Made by a program: the position numbers and the translations under genes
Assembly (NCBI RefSeq): GCF_002105155.1
Contig: NW_019028999.1
Span: 310,001-374,000, forward strand
Source of the DNA: Lobosporangium transversale
Lineage: Eukaryota
Length of the DNA stretch: 64,000 nucleotides
Direction of reading: 5' to 3'
Shown here: positions 10,896 through 21,203 of the stretch, in pieces
Numbering within the stretch: position 1 is the first letter of the stretch
How the letters are laid out: each line of letters starts with the position of its first letter
The notes under the pieces: generated by a model
Seen by the model: the letters and a program-made list of their open reading frames with translations, nothing else
Databases searched by the model: none
Told to the model about the DNA's origin: nothing

Positions 10896-12947
10896 CTACT
10901 GTTGTTGCCGGCTTGTCTCTCCCCCTCCTCCTGGACCCAGCAAAGGTCCTTTCGGTGGTCTTGATCCCTCTACTCCTCCTCCTCCTTCATCTGAAAATTT
11001 CCTTTTTGTGGGTCTGCTACTACTACCACCACTGCCACCACTGCCACCACTACCTCCACCGCCGCCACTACCGCTAGAAGCTTGGCCTTGAGTTCCTCCG
11101 TCCGGCGGCATATATTTTGCAGGTCGTTTTTGCTCTCTTATCTGCGACTCACAGACCCTTGCGATGTTCTCAGCACCAACAGCATCTCGATCAAAGTATG
11201 CTTTACAATTTCGACAGTACTTGGATCGAAAAGGAACATTCTCCAATATACTGTCACAGTGAGGCCGTGGACACTTGGCAGATGTGTAGTACTCATGACA
11301 ACCTACAATGGAGTAGTCTAGAGATTTTGCCTGTTCGAGCCAGATTTAATACTCGTTAAAAAAAAGACTCAAAAATTAAATGTCATTGATCAAGGGAATT
11401 TTTTTTTTTTTTTTTTTTTACCTTTTCAACAAGCTTCTTCATCAATATCCCATGCTTCGATACTTGTCCTCGGTTTGTCTTGAATGATCCTAGTCCAATA
11501 CAGATCACCGCATTCGTATTGGCATCTCTTCTTCTTCCATTGCTTCCGCCCGCAAGCTTCAGAATTGCCTTGATCACATAATCAACGCATCCGTTCTGTG
11601 CTTTTCTAATATCCCAGCTATTCCGAACAAACCACCCGTCATTATAGAAATCGACAAGCGCCCTATATATAGTCTCCCTATTGTCGTCACTGATCCCAGA
11701 TCCACTGCTACTACTGGCCTCAACTCCACTGCTACTACTGGCCCCAACCCCACTACCAGAGAAACTACCTCCAGTACTTGATGGAGCTTGATTTAGCGGC
11801 AAGCTCATATAAGCGAAATACTGTGTTAAAGTAGGCCTTGAGAATGACGGAATATTGCTTTCAATCTCTGTAATTCCTCTTCTAAGCTTTCGCCTCTCTA
11901 GCTCGCCCTGAAACTTCTTGGATGGTTTGTAAAGGTACGCTCTAGAAATCCGGAGGATCTCACGTTCGTTAGGTTTCCTTGGATCCAACTTTGCAATTGT
12001 CATCGAGTACCTCTCGCCTGGATCGATCCCAATGATAATGGTACTTTCGGAGGGAGGGCATGCTGCCTGGGTGTCATATTTAACTTCTACATTCTCGAGG
12101 AGACGGGATCTCTACCTCTTTTTTGCTTCGATGTGTCATAGGCAAGAAGTGTTAGGGCAAGGCCGTTTGTAAAGAACGATGTCCGTAGTTTCCTTCTAGG
12201 GCCATCATCAGATTGCAGTCCAACGTCCTTGTATCCTTTCAAGGAAAACAGCTCCTGCAACAATATCCCCTTGTAGTTAAGGATCTTGTCCTCTGCAGCC
12301 CCCTTGGTACTCATGTTTAGTCCCAACAATTGGACTATTTCCTCTCGAACTGTTGGGTTAGACCATAATATATCCGGGAGACAGGCTTCCGTTAAGCAGA
12401 GAGACCGAGGCGAGAAAGCAGACGTAGGGAAATACAGATATTTTTTGGCAGTTGCATTTTGCTCAAAAAAGAATTGGATGGAACTTCTTCCATCGCCTGG
12501 AATATCTATGTCAAACTAGACATTATATTGAAGAAATGATTAGGAACATTTCTATAAACATATTATAAGGTAACCTCAAAATATTATAATATATATCATA
12601 TTTACCTGCGCATTCCGATAGTGAGACCTTAGCGCTGCTTGAACAGGGACCATGACCATCCGAGACGACTTGCCGATCACCAAATCGGGATAGATCTGGT
12701 TTAAAGGACCAAGCCCTGTCTTTGCATAGAAGTATTCGTATGCTTTGAGCTGGGACGGCTTGGCTACGTTCCCTTCGCCTTTTTTCTTCACTTCCCTGCT
12801 ATACCTAGATAATGGACTCATCACTCCGTGATACAACAACGCAGCAAGGCCGTAAATAAAGCCCCTGCTATCAAGAACTTCATCTAGGAGTTGTGGGAGA
12901 CCAGCTGGATTGGATGGCCTAGTAATCTCTTTATTTCTATGCTTGGT
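10896..12947 (-). pseudogene. Fanzor (eukaryotic TnpB-like RuvC nuclease), ~620 aa across exons ~12947-12606, 12515-11422 and 11330-10896; one frameshift near 12110; start codon not identified
   Basis: RuvC-I IIIGIDPGERY (Asp 12024-12022), ICIGLGSF..KHG, RuvC-II IVGCHEYYTSAKC (Glu 11294-11292), zinc finger CPRPHC...CRNC, RuvC-III FDRDAVGAENI (Asp 11186-11184), then RP.KY. Two phase-0 GT-AG introns (12605-12516, 11421-11331). Confidence 0.88.
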
Positions 12948-13540
12948 CTAGATGGTGTTTTTTTATGGGGAGGACTATTTAGACAACATGTAGACCCCAC
13001 AAATCTTAATCAAAATAAATTGGTTTGGTGGCATTGTTAAAAACATCTTTGCTTAAGGGACAGAAAGATAGACACAATCAGGAAAAGGCAGGACAAAGAG
13101 TGTCAACAAGATTGACAAGAGAAAGTAGAGTCAAATAACCTTGACTACAAACAGCGCCATAGAATGTCAAAAGAAAAGATGGGAGCTTTATAGGTGAGCT
13201 TACAAACTGAGTTACCGGAAGACAAATGCTTGTTGTGAAAAGGGGAAAAAGATAAATGGCAAGGTGAACTGCAGGTGAAGAATAAGACATGTGGGGGAAC
13301 TGAAGACTTTATTAAGAAGGAAGTTTCTTTGGCTTCTATACTCGGTAGTTTCTAGGTGAGGCGGACCCGCCTATGACTACAAAGGCTTTGCGCAAAGATT
13401 AAGCTGGTTCGACAGATTAGTGGATACAAAATAAACCGAAGTTAATTTTAATGACCAGTCACACCACTTGCAATAACAAGCGAGTCAATTGGCTGCCAAT
13501 ACATTTAAGAGTATTCAAAAAATATAAGGGATCGCGACCA

Positions 13541-13554
13541 AATGGAACGGGCTA
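13541..13554. repeat. Terminal inverted repeat, 5' end relative to the Fanzor gene
   Basis: AATGGAACGGGCTA followed by TA; inverted partner of 10742-10755. Confidence 0.8.
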
Positions 13555-14589
13555 TACTGTACCGGTATGATGCAATAACTGGGCGAAGCAATTGTGCTGG
13601 AAGTACCATCGGAGCTTTACAAACTAAAAACAGCCCCTTGTCGTGTTTTACCACTCTGTTTTAGATTGACTGCTGTGTTGGCCTTATGTATTGGTATTAT
13701 GCCCTGAGTGATCCATTCGCCATATTCGCTGATGGCATTCGCGTGTATGTCTCATTGAGTTCCTCTTACTATTGTGTTGTTGCTTTTATTATTGCTGATT
13801 TCTTTCTCTGCAAAGAAAAGTCCTTCGCAATATCAACATGTAATAACCTCAATTCCGTTCATGATCAATAGCCTTCCTTTTTGGCTTGATATCCAATTGC
13901 ATGGCCTCCCATTTGTGTTCGTTTTTGTCGAAATGTTTTTTTATTCCGATTTTCTTGTGATCAACCATTACGCCGGCCTCTCTACTTATTTTTGTTTCAG
14001 CTCTCCTATCTTGGGTGGTCCAGCTTTTGTGCTTAGATGGACAATGGTCATTGTTTTTTCAATATACACAGTATACATATACACCATTGCTTCTTCCTCA
14101 CTCACTCACTCACTCTTCTTTCTTTCTTACTTTTAATAACTCCTTTTCTCTCAACACTTTTTATGCCAATCTGATTTCATTAGCCCTATCCTATGCTTGA
14201 AAGAGCTGATTGCCCATGGAAAAAACTGAGAATAATGCTCAGCGGATGTAGGCTTGCTCTCTCACTACATTTCATCTTTTCCGAGGCCCATATCCGGACA
14301 AGAGCTGTCAAAAAGTTCAAAAAGGCTCTAGAGGCTACGAAAGTATTGGCCTAGCTCTAGACACATCCAAATTATAAACAAAAAAAAGCAGCAAATATAT
14401 ATGTTTATGTCTACAGTACTAGTTTTTTCTTTTATCTCCTCCTACAAAAAGTAGCCAAGAACAAAAATGTAAAGAAAGCAGTGATAAAGGGGACGGAAAT
14501 GGAAATAAAGTTGTGCTTTGCCTGATCCTGGTTGCGCGTTATAAATTGCGTAGCTCCTTTGCCCTGTCACGTATTTTCACATCCTAGAC

Positions 14590-16001
14590 TCATGCACCCA
14601 ACCGTTGCACTCGCTCGATTAGCTGAGTGACCCTTGCGTCAACCAGCTCAATATTCTTTTTGATCGCAGCGTCGTTTTCAGTCAGACTTCCTTGCAGCTA
14701 AAGTATGTTTATACATTGGTAGCACCAATTAAAAAATTGAATGTTCATATAAAACGAAGAGTGAACAGAGAAAAGCTTGCAGGATTCTTTACCTTAGCCG
14801 AGACAATATCCAGGCTCTTAAGTTCTTCACTAATTTTTGATTGTTCATTCGACATCATCTTGATGGATTCTGAAAAGATGGCTGCTTCTGTGTGTAGGCC
14901 CTTGAGTCCCTTTAGTCTTGTTACCAAAATTGGTGCTAGAGATACCAAAGGATCAATCTTGTCCACCAGTTCAAATAAAGTATTTATCTATAGAATCATT
15001 TTTTTTTCTCATTAGCGATTACAGCCATAGACAGAAGTGAATCTAAGATCCGTTGCATGCCCATATCATCCCATACCTTAGTCTCAGTTTCAGTGCTGAT
15101 TCCACTAGCTGACGACTCTTTAGCCTGAAGTTCTTGAACGCGTTCCATTTCAGCAACTACGGCTTTCAAGCGACGTGATAGTTGTTCCAATTGGCGCGGC
15201 TGAACAAGAATCCCTACATGCTGCTCAAGCTTCTCAAGAGTCCCCACTAATGATGCCTATGCAAAAATTGAAAATGACCAAAAGAATTAAAAGCGAGGAA
15301 AGTGGACTATAGATTCGTATGGTAATGATCAACCATAAAATGAGGAAGCGCGGAGGGGAGAACATCAAAATTGATTACTCACCCCAGATTGCATAGGAGT
15401 TGTCCCAACAGCTTTTTCAAGAGCAGCAAGTCGGTCAGCAAGCTCGGCAGTTTTTGTCACGGTATGCAACCTAGCATTTTCAGGGCTATAGTACAGCTCA
15501 TATGTCACAGTCTATAACACCCATAAGAACGGTAAATCATTAGAAGACGGAGGAATGTGCAGTATTTGCTTTTAATACTATACATATGGGACATGGCATG
15601 CTATCCAAACTCTTTTTCACTCCAACTTTTTTTTTCTTCTAATACCTTGTCATCTGAAGGAGCGGTCTTTTGGTCTGCAATTCCCTCTTTATCAACAGTA
15701 TTAACTGTGGTTGAAGAGACTTTCAAGGCCTGCAACTGCTGCAGCAACCGTTTACCAGCATCTGTTTGTTTGATCAAGCCTTCGCTCGAAAGAATCCCCG
15801 AGGCAGCTCCTTCACCCAATGTTTGACCAACCTCTGCCAAATCATGCTCCAATGACTTGACATGCGAAAGTAGGTCCTTGTGTGAAATCTCTCCGCCCAC
15901 CAAGTCTGCTCCTTGCTATGTTGCCAAATAATAAAATAAACATATAAATATAAAAAGAGCTGCCTTGTTTATTTTGACATGTGCTAATGAATCCTCATAC
16001 T

Positions 16002-16034
<33 letters not shown>

Positions 16035-16875
16035 TTCTCACTGAGTTCTGCTTCCTGACTAAGCTCCTTCACTTCATACATGAGTCTCCTAAGTTTTTGG
16101 ACAGGGGTTTCCTGTAAGATCATTTCCTTTGGCAGGATCTCGTACTCTGAGCTGTCTAGATTAGGCCTCCTGACAAATGTACGGTACATCGCCTTTTTAC
16201 GTTTGTTGAGTCTATCTGAAAAATCTACAGTGGATTACAGTTTTGAGGATTTCATTTACTGCTATTTTCTTGGCTGAACACGTCCCATGTGTGTGTGTGT
16301 GTGTGTTTTTTCTGGGGTTGATATGTATTTTGTCATGCACTTTTTTTTTATTACTCGGCGGTCATGTTCTCTTACCGCTTGAAGAATTATCAACCACACA
16401 GTCCTTGAAGCGGGCAGCAGCATCTTTGACCGAGATCCCAGATTTATCGATATCCTCTCTTTCTTGATCACTCTCATAATCCTAGATACAAGTTAACAAA
16501 AAGGTACATTTTAGTAAGGGAGGAAATAAAGAAAAAGAAAAAAAAAAAAAAAAAAAAAAAAGCTGACAAGTTGTTGACAACCTGGTTCTGTTTCGCACCT
16601 TGCCGTCCACACCCTGGGCACGTCCGCTACGCTCAGTTGGTTCATCAGCGGTCTCATAGACATCTGGTTGGGTATCCTAGATTAAACGAGAAGGACAATG
16701 TCAAAGAAAAAATAAAATAAAGAACTTCCTGTTTGTTTAATTGTCCTAGTCAAGGTTGGGAGCGGTTGGGCAGCTTTTTACATGCCATTGCTGTTTATGC
16801 TTTTTGGAGGGAAGAGACAAGAGGTCGTAACAATAAACGTACAATGTCGGGTAATGTAGAGTATTTGCTTGACAT
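14590..16875 (-). CDS. DCTN2: Dynactin subunit 2 (p50/dynamitin), multi-exon
   Basis: MSSKYSTLPDI, DTQPDVYET, ETPVQKLRRLMYEVKEL, VTYELY, LADRLAALEKAVG, RLKGLKGLHTEAAIF; last exon ends IERVQRLGA*. Confidence 0.92.
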
Positions 16876-17076
16876 GATTGAATCTGTCTCTAGTGATAAC
16901 AACTAAGAAAGGATGAGAGAGTGTCTAGATTTATAAAGATGAAAGTGGAGTAAGCATAAAGGGAAAATGTGTAAAGGACGAGAGCGTGCCTGGTATGTGT
17001 GACTTTTTTATGGTTTGGGTAGTTAGAGACTCCAACTTGGGAAGTGGTTTCGCGTCCTCAAACAAAACATTCACAA

Positions 17077-18290
17077 ATGACCAATGTTACTATTCCTATA
17101 GATTACAACTTCTTGTTGGACTCTTCGTTGGCACTTTATAAACCCAAGGGCCGCCCGCATGTAACTCTCACATTTGCTCAGAGTCTGGACGGAAAGATAG
17201 CTGGGAAGCAGGGCAAGCAATTGACCCTTAGTGGATCCGACTCTATGAAGGCAACGCATATGTAAAGTAACATCAATGTAATATAAAATGAACATGAAGT
17301 CTTTACTCCTCCAAACACTTTCCCAACTCCTTTAGCACGCGTAAAGTAGAGCACACGCACACAAAAAGTAATGTATCTTCTGCATCTTCTAAAGTTTGAG
17401 GGCAAGACACGATACAATCTTGGTAGGGATAGGTACAGTCCTTAATGACGACCCCCGTTTAACAGGTATTAGGCATGGTCCCAGAACTAGGACTGTTTTT
17501 TATTATATATATTACCTTGATGAATAAACTCGTTTTCCTGGTTTTTTCCCGATATCTGAATAGTACGCTTGACTTTAGAGGATTTACCTTCTGGATGTCG
17601 ATCTGTTGAGCATCCACAACCAGTCATTTTGGACAGTACTTTACGGTTCCCTTCGAATGCCAAGCTCCTTTTGCCCTCATCGCCAAAGAAGCCTTGGATA
17701 TTTACTGTCTCTGGACATGACCATCAAAAACGAGCTGAACTTGAAGCCCTTGGAGCCAAGATATTTGTTCTGGATGCTGATGCACAAGGTGTGTAAAAAA
17801 GAAAAGAAAAGAAAAGAAAACTTCGCTGACCTTTCTCTAATGATGATTAAACTAATAAGCTCTATTTTATTCTATTTTCCTTAACAATCCCCAGGTCGTC
17901 CTTCGATCACACATTTACTTTCAGTTCTTCACCAGCAGTCAGCTGGATCATTGATGGTTGAAGGAGGAGCAGGTATCATCTCTACTTTTCTAAAGTCGGG
18001 ACTAGTGGACTCTTTCCTAGTGACCATTGCTCCTGTCTATGTAGGCGACATTGGTGTCAGTGCAATGCAGGATACGGAGGTAATTTCTATGGACATGTTT
18101 TATCCTTGCTGACATGATCGTCCATTTCTTTCCCCTGATTAGGAATTTCCTCATATATTCATTTGTCAACTGACATGTCTTTTGTTCTTTCATTATACGT
18201 CCATTATAGTCAGCTCTAAAGCTTGATGATATTTCATATCATTCGTTGGGGCGGGACGTGATGATTGTAGCAAAACCACGACGAGAGTAA
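17077..18290 (+). CDS. RIB7: Riboflavin biosynthesis pyrimidine reductase (RibD C-terminal fold), multi-exon
   Basis: RPHVTLTFAQSLDGKIA, LSGSDSMKATH, LRARHDTILVGIGTVLNDDPRL, PQPVILDSTLRFP, SLMVEGGAGII. Confidence 0.93.
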
Positions 18291-18466
18291 ACATCAATAA
18301 AACACCTATGTTTATTTTTATTTTTATTTTTTTTTTTTAAGTATGACAGATATATAATTTACATTATGCTTTGCTAAATATGACCAAGTCAGTCATGAAC
18401 AAGTTTTTCGCCTCGTCAAGCTTATTCTTAGGATTGAAATTAACTTTTCTAGGCTTCCTTGCTCGC

Positions 18467-19364
18467 TTAGTTTGCAGGATTTGGTCCCTTGACAATGTTG
18501 GCCACAACGCCTCCACTAGTGGCTGTGGCAAGGCACTGATTCACTACTTCTAGCAAATGTGAGTTTTCTAATGCTGCTGCCACACGCTCCTTATCATTCA
18601 ACTGCTTATTGACTGCATGTTCACTTTGATGGGTTCCCTTCCTAACTGAAATATCAACCTAGTTTTTTTTTTTGTTATACGAAAACAAATGATGATATGC
18701 AGAAAAGTATTTTTTAGTAATACTTTTTATTTTTTTTATTTTGTAATATTAGGAAGAGAGAAGGGTTTTATTTTTTTACCTTAAAGCGTGAAGGAAGGCA
18801 ACGAAGCAGTCGCACACGAATGCAGAGACCAATCAAGGTCGCCATGGAACAATGTGGGATTGTTGGCGTGAATTCAACCAAGATTGTATTATTTTCGTCC
18901 GAGACCTGGATATGATCTCTCTGGGTCACATTCAACTGTTCCAATGACAGAGGATGCTCTGGATCAGAGATGGAGCGGATAAGATCTATATATGAAGATA
19001 AGTACAAGAAAAATACGATAGAAGCGAAACAGTGCAGGGCTTAGTCAGATTGTTCAATTAATTTGTATTCAATTCTGAATCCATTGTCAACATTGTAATG
19101 AGCATGTCTTGATGGCCAAGATAGCCCAGTCATTAAAGCAGAAGCAGCATTTTCGAAGAACAAGTGAATGAGAAAGGGAGAGCAAAAAGTAGATCACAAT
19201 GGAGTAGAATGGAGTGGACTTTTGTTTTAGCATTTACCAAAAACCTCCTGAGCGTCAATGGGATCAGCAGCATCTTCGTTTTCATCTTCCTCACGCCATT
19301 CTCTAGTTGAATTTCCAGCAGAGGCTTCGTAGATAATGGGATTCTGATTTATGAGAGTAGTCAT
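18467..19364 (-). CDS. CIA2: Cytosolic Fe-S assembly component CIA2/FAM96B (MIP18), 3 exons
   Basis: [80 protein letters not shown]. Confidence 0.95.
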
Positions 19365-19484
19365 TGCTTCAATAACGTCGCTTCGAGTAATGAGAGTAAT
19401 GTAAAGAGTTAAAAACCACTTTTTGAAAATGGAAAAAAAAAAAAAAAAAAAAAAAAAAGTCACATGCAGTTTTAATGGATCAAA

Positions 19485-21037
19485 TCAGATCGAAATCTCT
19501 AGTGGCGAAGTAAGTTTTGTGACATGGGTTGGATCGGTCTGCTTTTCATACATCTGAACATTTTGCTCATCCTCTTTCTTTTCAACACCTGCGTCTAGAA
19601 ATGGATTATTTTCCTTCTCCAAATCCCCCCAGCCATTCCACAGCAAGGATAGTTCATGTCGCCTTGAAGCTAGGACCAGCACAGGTAATACTGTGCAAGG
19701 AACAAGATATAGCAAAGCAGGCTGACCCTTGTTACTCCACATCATGGCCACAAACGTCGTCTCTAGACCCACAGCATATCCTAAAATGGCTGTCAAATGG
19801 TAGCTCCACCTCCGTCCCCTCCACCAGCCCTCCTTTCTGCAACAGGATGAGGAAGAACTGCACTCCGTCCTTAATGATGAACATGAGGATGGTAGAGTTG
19901 CCTCTAGCCGCACTGACATCGTGGAGCTTCCCAATCGGATCAGCGAATGATCCTCTTCTAACCTTGCATCACTCTCTTTCAGAAAGGTAACAAAGATTCC
20001 AGGTAAAACTACATCGCCAAATCCGAGCATGGCTTCCCCACCGCTGGGCGAAAAGCTAGGGATCCGGAAAAGCATCGGTAGAGTCTCCTTGACAGTCATA
20101 GCTGCGCCTGTAGCTGCTGCTTCCATAATGGATTCGCCTGATTTGGTGAGATACGGTGTAACAAACACAAAAAAGACATCATAAACAAATGCTGTCAGGA
20201 GAAGAAGCGTAGGTGATGACATGGATGGGGCCTTGAGCACCTTGAGCATCAACGTAATGGTAAATCCTAACAGCAAAAATATCCAACAGGGAAATATTTG
20301 GCAAAGTGTCAATATACTGTAGCACTCTTCTATAGACGAAATCAAATCGACCTCAATAATGCGATCGTGCTGTGTTATGTGAGCATTTACCACCAAGGAT
20401 GTCCTGAAAAATCCAAGAATAACTATTGCAGTGAACCAGATGAGATATAAAAAGATTGATAAGCAAATTCCATTTCTTTATCAGCAAGTCTGGATCTGGT
20501 TTGTCCATGCTTACCTCGAATTCCTATACCAGAGCCAAGAAAGAGTCAAGAGACCAGCGATAGTGCTATGGTGCCAAAGATGTCCCCGCCCTAAGCCTAG
20601 TCGCTTCATGATGTTCGGCATACACTGTTGTATACTCACGAATGATCCCATTCCAAACGTGAAGAGACTCAGGTAGACTATTTGACGCAATTGTATAAGC
20701 ATATATCCTCAAGTCAGTTCTCATAGGGAAGATACAGTGGTTTATTTAGCGCGGTTCCAGGGACTTTATGAGGCATACCAAGAACATTGGACCACATCCA
20801 CATGGCCAAGAGACCAATGCTTGCCATAAATCCAAAGCCGATGGCATGACACTTTGTTAATGCGACTGCTTCGCCACTCTCTTCTTTTTGGCGTTGCTCT
20901 TGGCGTTCCTGGACAGTGGTATCTGCAGCTGCAAGGGTCGAAAGTATAAGGACTGTGAGAGCTAGAACAGCAAGAGGTAGAAGAGGTGCTGACAAGAGAT
21001 GGGGTAAGAATATTCCCACGGCTTGAATTATTCTCAT
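19485..21037 (-). CDS. Signal peptide peptidase-like intramembrane aspartyl protease (A22B; SPPL2-like), multi-exon
   Basis: Catalytic YD (FVYDVFFVFVTPY), GFGD (LGFGDVVLPG) and QPALLYLVP; small exon SWIFQDILG near 20420-20392; start codon uncertain. Confidence 0.88.
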
Positions 21038-21203
21038 CCTTAAAGAAATGAAGTGATGAGACGCAAGATGGAGAGGGAATGAAAAAGACAATTTGGCACA
21101 GTAAACTTTTTGTTGCAGATGGAAACCACGGGTTTGGGCCAAAAAAATTTAGGAGGAACCGCAAGGTCATGTTATTTCAATCTTATTACTACATATTTAT
21201 TGC

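Larger units (their letters stand above)
10742..13554 (-). mobile_element. Non-autonomous TIR DNA transposon carrying a Fanzor gene (TA target-site duplication, Tc1/mariner-IS630-like ends)
   Basis: Left end TAGTCCGTCCCATT (10742-10755). Right end AATGGAACGGGCTA (13541-13554; reverse complement TAGCCCGTTCCATT), 12/14 match. Both ends are flanked by TA (10740-10741, 13555-13556). Removing the element rejoins a host intron. Confidence 0.85.
10082..14200 (+). pseudogene. FAR-17a/AIG1-family membrane protein gene, interrupted by a transposon in intron 2 and apparently frameshifted downstream
   Basis: Exon 1 10082-10474 ends GFGRGTE|gt. Exon 2 10636-10711 reads FLTITGMVTLLCLCLGIVGDHF. After the insertion come LYKLKTA / IDCCVGLMYW..DP / LPFWLDIQLHGLPFVFVFVEMFF / SYLGWSSFCA*, which resemble the family's FLT..G, LYW, D...H..P and Y..W segments but lie in shifting frames with a stop. 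Confidence 0.65.

Noticed and set aside
13078..13290. 70-aa ORF inside the transposon as a possible transposase or Fanzor first exon
   Set aside because: No DDE, HTH or Fanzor-like motif, and no convincing in-frame splice to the exon at ~12947.
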